From positions 1 to 43,405 of the forward strand of contig DATMRE010000109.1 of assembly GCA_035566475.1 (NCBI GenBank): a DNA stretch of 43,405 nt, in the 5' to 3' direction. This DNA is from Verrucomicrobiia bacterium. Lineage in GTDB: Bacteria; Acidobacteriota; Terriglobia; Acidiferrales; UBA7541. The position numbers were made by a program, and so were the translations under genes. Shown here in pieces: positions 24,940 through 35,921 of this stretch. Within the stretch, counting starts at the first letter, position 1, and each line of letters opens with the position of its first letter. A model generated the notes under the pieces. The model was not told the DNA's origin. It ran no database searches and saw only the letters and a program-made list of their open reading frames with translations.

Positions 24940-27423
24940 CTATTTCTCGGGCGGAGTTCCAAAGGCCAGCGAGAGCAGTGTCTTCTGCTCCAGCTCGTGC
25001 GCCTTATGAGATCCCGTGGCCGGGCTGGCGCTTGCCGAGCGCTTGACCGACAGCACGGCGCGTCCGCGCGCCAGCCGCTCGAGCCGCGGCAGAACAAAGG
25101 CGAGGGCGCCCATGTTCCCGGGCTCTTCCTGGACCCAGACGAATTCTCGTACCTCCCGATGCCGGTCCATCTCCGCAGCGAGCTCCGGTTCCGGGAAAGG
25201 ATAGAGCTGTTCGACGAAGACGATGGCGGTTGAGGTGTCGTTGCGTTGTTTCCGCGCGGCTTGGAGTTCGTGGCCGATTTTTCCAGTGCACAGCAGCAAG
25301 CGCGTGGCCGAGCCATCGCCGCGATCCGGGATGACCGGCCGGAAACGGCCGGTCGTGAGATCGGCGAGCGCGGACGATGCGGCGGGGTTTCGCAACATGC
25401 TCTTCGGCGTAAAGACAACCAGCGGCTTCCGCCAGGCCCGCAGAGCCTGCCGTCGCAGCAGATGAAAGTACTGTGCGGCTGTCGAGGGCTGACAGATTTG
25501 AATGTTGTCGCGGGCGGCAAGCTGCAGGTAGCGCTCGATGCGCGCGCTCGAATGCTCCGGGCCCTGCCCCTCGTAGCCGTGCGGAAGCAGCATCACGACG
25601 CCCGTGAGCAAATTCCATTTGTCCTCGCTCGCGGCAATGAACTGGTCGATGATGATCTGGGCTCCGTTCGCGAAGTCGCCGAACTGGGCCTCCCAGAGGA
25701 CGAGTGCCTCGGGAAAGTCACGGCTGAAGCCGTACTCGAAGCCGAGTACGGAAGCCTCTGAGAGCGGCGAGTTGTAAATCTCACACCAGGCATGGTCGGG
25801 GCCGATGTGCTCGAGCGGGACGTACTCCTCCTCGGTCTCGATATCGATGAGCGCGGCGTGCCGCTGATTGAAGGTTCCGCGCCGAGTATCTTGGCCGCTC
25901 AACCGCACCGGAACGCCCTGCTTCAGAAGCGAGCCAAACGCCAAGGCCTCGGCCATTCCGAAATCTAGAGCGCGCCTGCCGCGGGCCATCTCGAGCCGCT
26001 GATCGAGAAGCTTCTGCACCTTGGGGTGAATGTGGAATCCCTCGGGATATTTCACAAGCGATGCCCCGACGGAGGCCAACTCTTCCTCCGAAACGGCCGT
26101 ATCTACTTCGAGCGAAGCGTTATAGCGACCGCCGCGGTAACCGTCCCAGTAACGCGGCAGCCGCCGCATGGGCGGATTCCGCTCGAGCTCGACGGCCTGC
26201 TGTTGAGCCGCATCGAGCTCTTTGCGCACGCGCTCGACGATCGGCTCGGCACGAGCGCCGATCCGTTTCGCGTAGATTTCAGAGACAGGAGAATGCGCCT
26301 CGATCTTCCGGTAACGCCGCGGCTGTGTAATCGTCGGATCATCCACCTCGCTGTGGCCGTGGCGGCGATAGCCGATCATATCCACCACGACCGGTGTCCC
26401 GAACGCATATCGGTAATCGACCGCCATGTGGCCCACGCGCACGACCGCCTCGGGGTCCTCCGCATTCACGTGGAACACTGGAATTGGGAGCCGCTTCGCC
26501 AGATCCGATGAAAAACGAGAAGAGCCGGTGTCCCGCGGGATCGTCGTGAAACCGATCAGATTATTGACGATGATGCTCACCGCTCCGCCCACCGTGAAGC
26601 CCGGCACTCCTGACATATTGAGGGTCTCGGCCCAGATTCCCTGCCCGGCAAACGCCGCGTCCCCGTGCACCGTGATGGGAATCACCTGCTGCCGGCCCCC
26701 CGTCCCGCGCCTCATCTGCTTGGCGCGCGTGCGGCCCATCACAACCGGATCGACAGCTTCCAAATGACTCGCGTTCGAGACAAGATGCATCTCAACCTTC
26801 TTGCCGTTCCGGGCCGTGAAATCGCCAGTCGCCCCCATGTGATACTTCACGTCGCCGCAGCCGAGAATGCTTCGCGGATCCACGTCCTCGAAGCGCGCGA
26901 AAACCTCGGCGGCTGTCCGGCCCACGGTGTTCACCATCACGTTCAGGCGTCCTCGATGGCTCATCGCCAGCATGGCCTTCTCAGCGCCCTGCTCGGCGGC
27001 CGCATTGAGGATCGCGTCGAGCAGCGGGAGCAGCGCCGCTTCGCCTTCGAGCGAATAGCGCTTCGTGCCCAGATACCTGGTCTGCAGAACTTGCTCGAAA
27101 ACCTCCGCTTTGATCAGCAACTCGAGGATTCGCCCGCGATCGGGCTCAGGTCCTTCGGCTTCCATGCGCTGCTCGATCCACAACCGTCGCTCGCGGTCCG
27201 GAATGTGCATGAACTCGGCGCCAATGCTGCCGCAATAGTGGCGTCGGGCCGCCTCGGCCTCCGGGCCGGACACCTCGAGTTCCGGCATGGCTACCGGCTC
27301 GAGGTCACCTAAGGGATCAAGATTTGCCTGCAGATAGCCCCAGCGGCGAAAAGAGTCCCAGATGCGATCCTGTGTCTCGACCGGAACTGCCGATTCAACA
27401 ATTGCCTGTTGCCGACTCATCAC
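24940..27423 (-). CDS. sucA: 2-oxoglutarate dehydrogenase E1 component, N-terminally short form
   Basis: Motifs WGYLQANLDPLG, GAEFMHI and the ThDP block HGDAAFAGQG are present, plus the transketolase-like C-terminal half. It is 827 aa. The start is GTG 27423 or ATG 27420. Confidence 0.93.
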   Translation of the reverse strand: MMSRQQAIVESAVPVETQDRIWDSFRRWGYLQANLDPLGDLEPVAMPELEVSGPEAEAARRHYCGSIGAEFMHIPDRERRLWIEQRMEAEGPEPDRGRILELLIKAEVFEQVLQTRYLGTKRYSLEGEAALLPLLDAILNAAAEQGAEKAMLAMSHRGRLNVMVNTVGRTAAEVFARFEDVDPRSILGCGDVKYHMGATGDFTARNGKKVEMHLVSNASHLEAVDPVVMGRTRAKQMRRGTGGRQQVIPITVHGDAAFAGQGIWAETLNMSGVPGFTVGGAVSIIVNNLIGFTTIPRDTGSSRFSSDLAKRLPIPVFHVNAEDPEAVVRVGHMAVDYRYAFGTPVVVDMIGYRRHGHSEVDDPTITQPRRYRKIEAHSPVSEIYAKRIGARAEPIVERVRKELDAAQQQAVELERNPPMRRLPRYWDGYRGGRYNASLEVDTAVSEEELASVGASLVKYPEGFHIHPKVQKLLDQRLEMARGRRALDFGMAEALAFGSLLKQGVPVRLSGQDTRRGTFNQRHAALIDIETEEEYVPLEHIGPDHAWCEIYNSPLSEASVLGFEYGFSRDFPEALVLWEAQFGDFANGAQIIIDQFIAASEDKWNLLTGVVMLLPHGYEGQGPEHSSARIERYLQLAARDNIQICQPSTAAQYFHLLRRQALRAWRKPLVVFTPKSMLRNPAASSALADLTTGRFRPVIPDRGDGSATRLLLCTGKIGHELQAARKQRNDTSTAIVFVEQLYPFPEPELAAEMDRHREVREFVWVQEEPGNMGALAFVLPRLERLARGRAVLSVKRSASASPATGSHKAHELEQKTLLSLAFGTPPEK

Positions 27424-27511
27424 TCCCCCAAAGGAAACGATCCTTTTTATTTTATTATATCTTGCCCATTATAAGGGCAGCCGGTCTCGGAGCAGAGACA
27501 GGAACTGTCGA

Positions 27512-27991
27512 TCAGGTTTCCCGCCAGGAACCCAGCAGCCTGCGCAGCAGGACGAACTGACCGAGGTGGTAGGAATTGTGGTCCGCGATCAGCAGGAGTT
27601 CCCGCAGGACCGTCTGTCCTGAACCATGCGGAATCGGAGCGAAAAGATCCGTCTTCCGATCAGCCACGAGTTTTCCGGTCGCTTCATTATCTTCTTCGAA
27701 CCTCCGCACACTGCTCTCCCAGGCGGCAGCACTCGGCGGCGATGCCTCCTTCGGCCAATAGCCCGCAGGCCAATCCGGAGAAATGTGTTTCGGATTGCGA
27801 CAGAATTCGAGGATGTCCCGCTGAGCGATGCGGGCGTGCTCGAGAAGCTGCCAAGCCGAATGCGGCGCCCCCTTGGGCTTGCGTCCGCGATCCTCGGCGG
27901 GAAGCTCCGCAAGTGCCTTCTTCCAGTCCAGATGGGCCTCGTGCCAGCTCAAGAAGCGTCGCAGCTGCTCACGCAAGGCTTTGTCGTCCAT
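27512..27991 (-). CDS. DinB family protein
   Basis: 159 aa, with SAWQLLEHARIAQRD and the C-terminal ADHNSYHLGQ typical of the DinB_2 histidine triad. Confidence 0.85.
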   Translation of the reverse strand: MDDKALREQLRRFLSWHEAHLDWKKALAELPAEDRGRKPKGAPHSAWQLLEHARIAQRDILEFCRNPKHISPDWPAGYWPKEASPPSAAAWESSVRRFEEDNEATGKLVADRKTDLFAPIPHGSGQTVLRELLLIADHNSYHLGQFVLLRRLLGSWRET

Positions 27992-28284
27992 GGCAATCTC
28001 TCCCCGGAAGCCTGACGATGATTTTAGCAGGCTGCAGCCGGAGGTGTAAGCCCGGGTGGATGGGTCGTAGCCTGGTGGTGTAACCCATGGAAGGGAGAAG
28101 AGACTTGCCGAGACAACGGATGCGACCTGGCGGTCGGACGGTCACGCTGCGAAGAACTCCGCAAGACTCGGTCACTCGTTCTCGCCGAGCGCGCCGCGAC
28201 TCCCCCGCCTGGTCATCGGGCGGGTCTGTCGTTGCTGTAGAATCCGACGGTCGATTTAAGCCCGCCGTGCTGCGGAAACGCCGA

Positions 28285-28593
28285 TTACGCCGTTGCCGCT
28301 GCGGGACCGATCGACCGCCGCTGCTGAAAACATTCTCGGCAATAGACCGGACGCCCCTGGGTGGGCTTGAAAGGAACCGTAGTTTCTTTCCCACACTGAG
28401 AACACACGGTCTTGGTTTCGACCCGCTGTGCGCCAACCGAACCGTTGCCTTGCGTGCGATGAGCTTTGCATGCCTTGCACCGCTTGGGCTCGTTCTTGAA
28501 ACCCTTGTCGGCGAAAAACATTTGCTCGCCGGCGGTAAAGACGAACTCACCTCCGCACTCGCCGCACTTCAAGATCTTATCGTGGTATTCCAT
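28285..28593 (-). CDS. zinc-ribbon protein with two CxxC...CxxC modules
   Basis: KCGECGGEFVFTAGEQMFFADKGFKNEPKRCKACK and VCSQCGKETTVPFKPTQGRPVYCRECF. GGAG precedes the ATG. It is on the same strand as, and 143 nt downstream of, rpsU. Confidence 0.8.
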   Translation of the reverse strand: MEYHDKILKCGECGGEFVFTAGEQMFFADKGFKNEPKRCKACKAHRTQGNGSVGAQRVETKTVCSQCGKETTVPFKPTQGRPVYCRECFQQRRSIGPAAATA

Positions 28594-28736
28594 ACGCTGC
28601 TCCGCCCCGGTGTTGGCAACAGGACTGGCAGCGCTTCAGCTGGTGCCAGACAGACGGGGGAATCTGGATCAAAACATCGAGTCCCCACGCGCTGGCTGGC
28701 ACGAAGCTGCTGGGAATGAACCCGCTGTCGGCTCGC

Positions 28737-28934
28737 CTAGTCCTGTTCACGCCGTTGCTTTTTACGGAGACGCTTACGCGAGAGGGCTTCCTTGGCCCGA
28801 CGCCTCTCCCCCGGCTTCATGTAGTAGCTGTGCTTCTTGATCTCCTTGATGATGTCTTCCGACTGAACCTTCCGCTTGAAGCGACGGAGAGCGTTTTCCA
28901 GAGACTCACCCTCTTGAATGACAACTTCTGCCAC
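28737..28934 (-). CDS. rpsU: 30S ribosomal protein S21
   Basis: 65 aa: VAEVVIQEGESLENALRRFKRKVQSEDIIKEIKKHSYYMKPGERRR..., the classic S21 sequence. GTG start. Confidence 0.95.
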   Translation of the reverse strand: MAEVVIQEGESLENALRRFKRKVQSEDIIKEIKKHSYYMKPGERRRAKEALSRKRLRKKQRREQD

Positions 28935-29018
28935 GCGTATTTCACCCCCGTTCCCTTTTTGAAATGAACTGTTTTCGATGCAAGCTAGTTCGCCGGCATA
29001 AACCGGCTCTGGCCACTT

Positions 29019-29047
29019 CTTCTACTGGAGGCTAACCCGCAAGTCAA
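29019..29047 (-). promoter_or_regulatory. candidate rpsU promoter TTGACT-N17-TAGAAG
   Basis: The hexamers read on the minus strand at 29047-29042 and 29024-29019, about 85 nt upstream of the rpsU GTG. The -10 is weak. Confidence 0.3.
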
Positions 29048-29053
29048 GGTTTA

Positions 29054-29080
29054 AATTGCACAAGGGTTGAATTGCACAAG
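29054..29080. repeat. direct repeat AATTGCACAAG x2 with a 16-bp period
   Basis: Identical 11-mers at 29054-29064 and 29070-29080, in the divergent rpsU/glgC spacer. They sit immediately upstream of the candidate rpsU -35. Confidence 0.6.
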
Positions 29081-29244
29081 AGGGTCCTCCATCCGGCTGG
29101 CCCGTTTTACTATCTAGTGATAGAAGGCTTCGCTAACCCAATTCGGTCCGCTCGCCGAGCGGGCGTTCCCGGGGCCTACGGCGGAGAGCGCCTTGCTGCT
29201 AGAATAGTCCTGGGCGGAACGGCCAGGCGGGAAGAGCGAGTTCG

Positions 29245-30477
29245 ATGACTCAGATGCGCAACGCGATCGCTGTTCTCTTGGCGGGCGGCCAGGGAGAACG
29301 GCTCTGGCCCCTGACACGCGACCGAGCGAAGCCCGCCGTCCCGTTCGGCGGCGTCTATCGCATCATCGATATCACGCTTTCGAATTGCCTCAATAGCGAC
29401 CTGCGCCGTGTCTTCGTCCTAACCCAGTACAAAGCGCTCAGCCTCAATCGCCATGTTCGGCGCGGATGGTCCGTCCTCATGGGCCATGGAGACTTCATCG
29501 AAGTCTTGCCTCCTCAAATGCGTGTCTCGCAGCATTGGTACCAGGGAACCGCCGACGCGGTGTACCAAAACATTTATTCGATCGGCAGCGAGCAGTCGAA
29601 TTACGTCTTCATTCTCTCGGGCGACCACATCTACAAGATGAATTACCAGAAGATGCTCGAGCAGCATGTCGAGTCCGGAGCGGACGTCACCGTCGCGACC
29701 ATCGAGATGGAGCCAGCTGCCGCTGCCAAGCAATTCGGCATTCTCGAAACGGATGAGCACTGGCGCATCATCGGGTTCGAGGAAAAGCCGCCATACCCGA
29801 AGCCCTCGCGCGTTCATCCGGGAAGAGTAAACGCCTCGATGGGCGTCTATCTGTTCAACACGCAGCTTCTGGTGCCGATCCTCATTGACGACGCCGAGAG
29901 CCCAAACTCCTCGCACGATTTCGGCAGGGACATTCTCCCTCGCATCATCGAAAAGTATCGTGTTTATGCCTATAACTTCCGTGACGAAAACAAAAAAGAA
30001 ACCTCCTACTGGCGTGACGTCGGTACGATCGACGCCTACGTCGAGGCGAATCTCGATCTGGTTTCTGTGTCGCCGGTCTTCAACTTCTACGACAAGAGCT
30101 GGCCGCTACACACCTGGCAGCAGCAATACCCGCCGGCGAAATTCGTTTTCGCCGATCCGGAACGCATGGGCGTGGCGCTCGATTCCGTCGTCGCTGGGGG
30201 GTCGATCGTCTCGGGCGGCAGGGTTGAGCGGTCAATATTGGGCTACGATGTTCGCGTCAACAGTTTTAGCGAAGTTCACGAATCGATCGTATTCAACCAC
30301 GTCAGCATCGGCCGGCATTGCCGCATTCGCCGCGCGGTCATTGACCGCCACGTGAACCTGCCCGAGGGCACGGTCATCGGCTACGACCCCGAGGAGGATC
30401 GCGCGCGTTATACGCTCTCTGAGAGCGGAATCGTCATCGTTGTCCGCCCAGAATCCATGATCGAGGAGCCTGAGTAG
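29245..30477 (+). CDS. glgC: glucose-1-phosphate adenylyltransferase
   Basis: Motifs AVLLAGGQGERLWPLTRDRAKPAVPFGGVYRIIDITLSNC and YWRDVGTIDAY are present, plus the left-handed beta-helix C-terminus. Confidence 0.95.
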   Translation: MTQMRNAIAVLLAGGQGERLWPLTRDRAKPAVPFGGVYRIIDITLSNCLNSDLRRVFVLTQYKALSLNRHVRRGWSVLMGHGDFIEVLPPQMRVSQHWYQGTADAVYQNIYSIGSEQSNYVFILSGDHIYKMNYQKMLEQHVESGADVTVATIEMEPAAAAKQFGILETDEHWRIIGFEEKPPYPKPSRVHPGRVNASMGVYLFNTQLLVPILIDDAESPNSSHDFGRDILPRIIEKYRVYAYNFRDENKKETSYWRDVGTIDAYVEANLDLVSVSPVFNFYDKSWPLHTWQQQYPPAKFVFADPERMGVALDSVVAGGSIVSGGRVERSILGYDVRVNSFSEVHESIVFNHVSIGRHCRIRRAVIDRHVNLPEGTVIGYDPEEDRARYTLSESGIVIVVRPESMIEEPE

Positions 30478-31056
30478 CTTCTACACTCGTCGAACGCCCG
30501 TCCGGCCGCGCTCGGAAGCAGACACCACCGATCGCCCTGAGCATCTCCGGCCCGATTCGAGCGGACCTCGTCAACATCGCAATAGCGTTCCACTCAATCG
30601 ACGGCCGCCCGTGATGGCAACCCTCCTTCCGCAGCTCCGGTCATGCGGAGTCCTGGCCGCTTGCGGATCCGGATTCCCGGGGACAACACCGGCCAATCCG
30701 GGAGATGATCAAGGGGGCGTTTCGCCGAGCGTTCAAGCAGATCCCGCGATTAGCGAGTGAACATGGCCAATTCTTCCGAGCCTCTCGGTTGCCCTGCCAG
30801 CTCACGTGGGGTGCTCGATGACTCCGAGATTTTCCAACGCGCCGCCCGCGTCACCTCACGAGTTTCGAGGCCTTTGACGTCTTACGGCAACGCCTGCGCA
30901 CGCTCGCTCGCGGCCCTCGAAGCCTGTTGCCAGGATCTCGAATCGCACTTCTATCAGGCCCTTGGCCGGACGAGGAGATTCCCGTAGACTTCCATACTTG
31001 GTTTCTTCTCGCACGCAGGGATTGCTTGGCGGGCCGCGGAAGTTGCCTTCGAATAA

Positions 31057-32463
<1,407 letters not shown>

Positions 32464-32488
32464 CCGCCATGCCTCCTCAGGAAAAGCC

Positions 32489-34054
32489 ATGACCAACCGA
32501 CCGATACCAATCGTGCTCACCGTGCTCGACGGCTGGGGCTACCATGCCGGAACGAAGGGCAACTCCATCGCTCTTGCGCGCAAGCCGAATTACGACCGCC
32601 TGCTAAAAGATTTTCCGAACACCCTGATTCACACCTCCGGGCCGCATGTGGGCCTGCCCGAAGGACAGATGGGCAACAGCGAAGTTGGCCACCTGAATAT
32701 GGGCGCTGGCCGCGTCGTTCAGATGGACATCACACGCGTCGACCAGCTCCTCTCTAGCGGTCAGTTTCTCAGCCAGCCGCTTCTGGTCGACGCGATGGAT
32801 CGCGCGCGCGGCCGGCAGCTGCACCTCATCGGTCTCCTGAGCGACGGCGGAGTTCATTCGCACATCGAGCACCTCTTTGCGCTCTTGCGCATGGCGCGGG
32901 AAAACAAGGTCACGAACGTCTACGTGCACTGCTTCACCGATGGCCGCGACACGCCACCGAAGAGCGGGATCGACTTCCTGCGTCGGCTCGAGCAGAAGAT
33001 GCGCGAGTACGGCGTCGGGCAGATCGCGAGCGTTTCCGGCCGCTACTACGCCATGGACCGCGACAATCGTTGGGAGCGCATCGAGAAGGCGTATCGCGCG
33101 ATGGTTCACGGCGATGCCGAATCCCGATCGAGCGATCCCATCGCCGTGATGCGGGCGAGCTACGAAAGAGACGTGACGGACGAGTTCGTCTTGCCCGCCG
33201 TGATTACGAGCGAGGCTCGTCCCGGGGAGCCGGCCGTGCCTCGCGGCGTGATCCGCGACGACGATGCCGTGATCTTCTTCAATTTCCGAGCTGACCGCGC
33301 GCGGCAAATCACGCGGGCGCTCGTCGAACCCGGGTTTGACGAATTCTCTGACCCGGCGCGCCCCCGGCGCCTCGCATTCGTCGCGATGACTCAATATGAA
33401 AAGACCTGGCCGTGGCTGCGCTACATCCTTGGGCCGGAAAAGCTCGAGCACATCCTGGCGAACGTTTTTGCCGACCTTCACCTGAGCAATTTGCGTGTGG
33501 CGGAAACCGAAAAGTACGCGCACGTCACCTATTTTTTCAACGGTGGCGTCGAAAAACCCTTCGGAGGCGAGGAGCGCGTCCTCGTACCCTCGCCGAAGGT
33601 TCCTACATACGATTTGAAGCCGGAAATGTCGGCGGCGGGGGTCGCCGATGCAGTGATTCACGCCATCGAAAAAGGCCGATTCGACGCCATCATCATGAAC
33701 TTCGCGAACGCAGACATGGTCGGGCATTCAGGAAAACTCGAACCGGCCATCAAGGCAGTCGAGACGGTCGATGCGTGCCTCGGACAAATATTCCAGGCAC
33801 TTCGGTCCCGGGGAGGCGCATGGATCATCACTGCCGATCACGGCAACGCCGAAACGATGATCGATCCAGCGACCGGCGACCCGCACACCTACCACACGAC
33901 GAATCCAGTCCCGTTCGTGCTGGTGAGCGAGGACGCCGGGACGCGGTTGCATTCCGGCGGCTCGCTCCGCGACATAGCGCCGACGCTGCTCGGTGTTCTC
34001 GGCTTCCCCGAACCGAACGAGATGACCGGGCGCGATCTGCGCGTCGCGAAATAG
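32489..34054 (+). CDS. gpmI: 2,3-bisphosphoglycerate-independent phosphoglycerate mutase
   Basis: Motifs [24 protein letters not shown] and TADHGNAE are present. It starts 25 nt after eno. Confidence 0.95.
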   Translation: MTNRPIPIVLTVLDGWGYHAGTKGNSIALARKPNYDRLLKDFPNTLIHTSGPHVGLPEGQMGNSEVGHLNMGAGRVVQMDITRVDQLLSSGQFLSQPLLVDAMDRARGRQLHLIGLLSDGGVHSHIEHLFALLRMARENKVTNVYVHCFTDGRDTPPKSGIDFLRRLEQKMREYGVGQIASVSGRYYAMDRDNRWERIEKAYRAMVHGDAESRSSDPIAVMRASYERDVTDEFVLPAVITSEARPGEPAVPRGVIRDDDAVIFFNFRADRARQITRALVEPGFDEFSDPARPRRLAFVAMTQYEKTWPWLRYILGPEKLEHILANVFADLHLSNLRVAETEKYAHVTYFFNGGVEKPFGGEERVLVPSPKVPTYDLKPEMSAAGVADAVIHAIEKGRFDAIIMNFANADMVGHSGKLEPAIKAVETVDACLGQIFQALRSRGGAWIITADHGNAETMIDPATGDPHTYHTTNPVPFVLVSEDAGTRLHSGGSLRDIAPTLLGVLGFPEPNEMTGRDLRVAK

Positions 34055-34654
34055 GAACTCCATGGCCGCGCACGGGGGAAACGAAACTCATCTGCTATCA
34101 CTACCACCAGCAAAACCGCCGGGCTCTGCGCGAATTGTGGGACGCGCCTGTCGCGACGCGTGAGGCGCTCGGCGAAGTCCCCCTGTTCGCCGGCTTCGGC
34201 TGGATCGGCTCATCCGGCCCCTGGGCATGCGCATATGGGCGTTGACGAGTACTGCGCCCAGCGTCTTTTCATCAACAATCGCGCCGCGTGCCACATGCAC
34301 GGGATGGGCCGACGATTTCGCGAGCGCGGCCCGCGCGCGCCGATTATCCCTCGCGTCGCCGGCGCCGCCCTGGGCGTTATGTCGAACGAGCCGCTGCCGC
34401 CCGACAGCCCGCTGCGGGCGCTCCCAAACGCGTCCTCACGCCGCACGCGAGCGCCGTGACCGGGCGCCCCCGGGGAGCGGCCAGGGGAATTGCTCGCCGA
34501 AAATCTCGAGCGCTGGTTCTCGGCCTTGGAATTGCTGAATCGCGTGAATCTCGACCGGGGATCCTCGAGGTTCGCTGAAACGCACACCGCTCGCCTGCCG
34601 CGCCGTCCCGGCGGGAAGAGGACGTCATGCGAGTTGCTGTGCTTGACGCTCTTT

Positions 34655-35758
34655 CTAGTAACCGCCGACGGGACCGCTCGGCGCGGTATAGCCTTCGCGC
34701 GCGTGCACGATCACTTTCTTTTTCTTGCCTTTCTTGTCGGCGAACATCATCGGATTGCCCTGCTCGTCAACCGCCTCGACCTTGAGCTTGTGGTACTTCC
34801 CGTCTTGCGGAGTCGAAGGCGTGAACCCGAGAGTGTATTGGCTGCGAAGGTAGGCGGCGACGGCGTTGAAGATGTCCGGCATTTCACCCTGAAACCGCGG
34901 GAACCAGGCGTAGCCGCCGGTCAAGTTAGCGAAGCTGGTGAGCTGGTTCTTGGCCTGAAGATACCCGATCCCCGCACCACCGGCGCTGCGCAGGTCCAGG
35001 TCCTCGCCCATGCCTACGCAGAAAATCGGCACCTCGGTTTCCTTCAGTCGCTTGAGGGTCTGGTCGAGCGTGTGCTTGCTAAAAGTATCGAAGCCGGTGG
35101 CCAGGACGAGAATGGACTTCTTCCCCTTCACATCGCGAAGCTGGTCAATTGTCTCGTATATGGCGTCGAACAGATTCGCTTCACTGAAATCCGGGAAGAA
35201 GAGCGAGGTGATGGCGTGTCCCACTTCATTCTTGTTCTGGGTGAAATCCACCTGCACGGTCGTCTTTATGTCGAATGTCTTGAGCGCGACCCAATCCTTG
35301 TTGGTGAGATGGCCGAGAAAGCCGTAGGCCCAGTCCTTCGCCTTATACCCAAAATAGCCATACCAGAGTCGACTGAACTCCATCAGGACGACCATCGTGA
35401 TGGGCGCGTCGGTGGGAGCGAAGTTCGCGATTTGCTGCGGCTGGCCATTGTCGAGAATTCGAAAATTCTCTCGCGTCAACCCGCCCAGAACGTCCCCAGC
35501 CTCGTCGGTCACAACGGCATCGATGTTGACTACGTTCGATTCAACCGAAATGGAAACAGGCGGAGGCTCCGGGGCCTGCTGCTGCGGCGGCTTCTGCTGC
35601 CCGCCCGGAGGTCGTGGCGGGACTGTTGACTCGGGCGGCGGGGGCGTTTGCGGGCCCTGCCCCTGGCGTGCACGCGTCGCCGTCTCGCCGGGAGGAACGC
35701 CGAGTGAACCGATCAGTATTCCCGTCAGGATGACCCGAAACCATTTCGTCGATTCCAT
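34655..35758 (-). CDS. secreted VWA-domain protein (VWFA-related type common in Acidobacteria)
   Basis: Signal anchor MESTKWFRVILTGILIGSL, then a Pro/Gln-rich linker. The hallmark segment NVVNIDAVVTDEAGDVLGGLTRENFRILDNGQPQQIANF is present, followed by an alpha/beta region (SILVLATGFDTFS, IFCVGMG). ATG 35758 follows GAGGAG. A canonical DxSxS MIDAS motif is not evident (VLMEFSRL). Confidence 0.8.
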   Translation of the reverse strand: MESTKWFRVILTGILIGSLGVPPGETATRARQGQGPQTPPPPESTVPPRPPGGQQKPPQQQAPEPPPVSISVESNVVNIDAVVTDEAGDVLGGLTRENFRILDNGQPQQIANFAPTDAPITMVVLMEFSRLWYGYFGYKAKDWAYGFLGHLTNKDWVALKTFDIKTTVQVDFTQNKNEVGHAITSLFFPDFSEANLFDAIYETIDQLRDVKGKKSILVLATGFDTFSKHTLDQTLKRLKETEVPIFCVGMGEDLDLRSAGGAGIGYLQAKNQLTSFANLTGGYAWFPRFQGEMPDIFNAVAAYLRSQYTLGFTPSTPQDGKYHKLKVEAVDEQGNPMMFADKKGKKKKVIVHAREGYTAPSGPVGGY

Positions 35759-35921
35759 GTTCTCCTCACTTCGCTTAGATGCCGCGACGCGCATCTCTGG
35801 ATAGTCAATTGCCATTCAGAAAACCCGCCGCCCGGTGCTCGGCGGACACGCCCGACCTCCCATGATAGTATCAGCTCTTGGTTGTGCGACTCATTTTCAG
35901 ATTCACCGGGAGGTCAAAAGG

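Noticed and set aside
30614-30760. 48-codon ORF MATLLPQLRSCGVLAACGS... with a lipobox-like LAAC.
   Set aside because: It has no positively charged n-region, a very short hydrophobic core and no SD. That is insufficient to call a lipoprotein gene. It is mentioned only within the gap finding.
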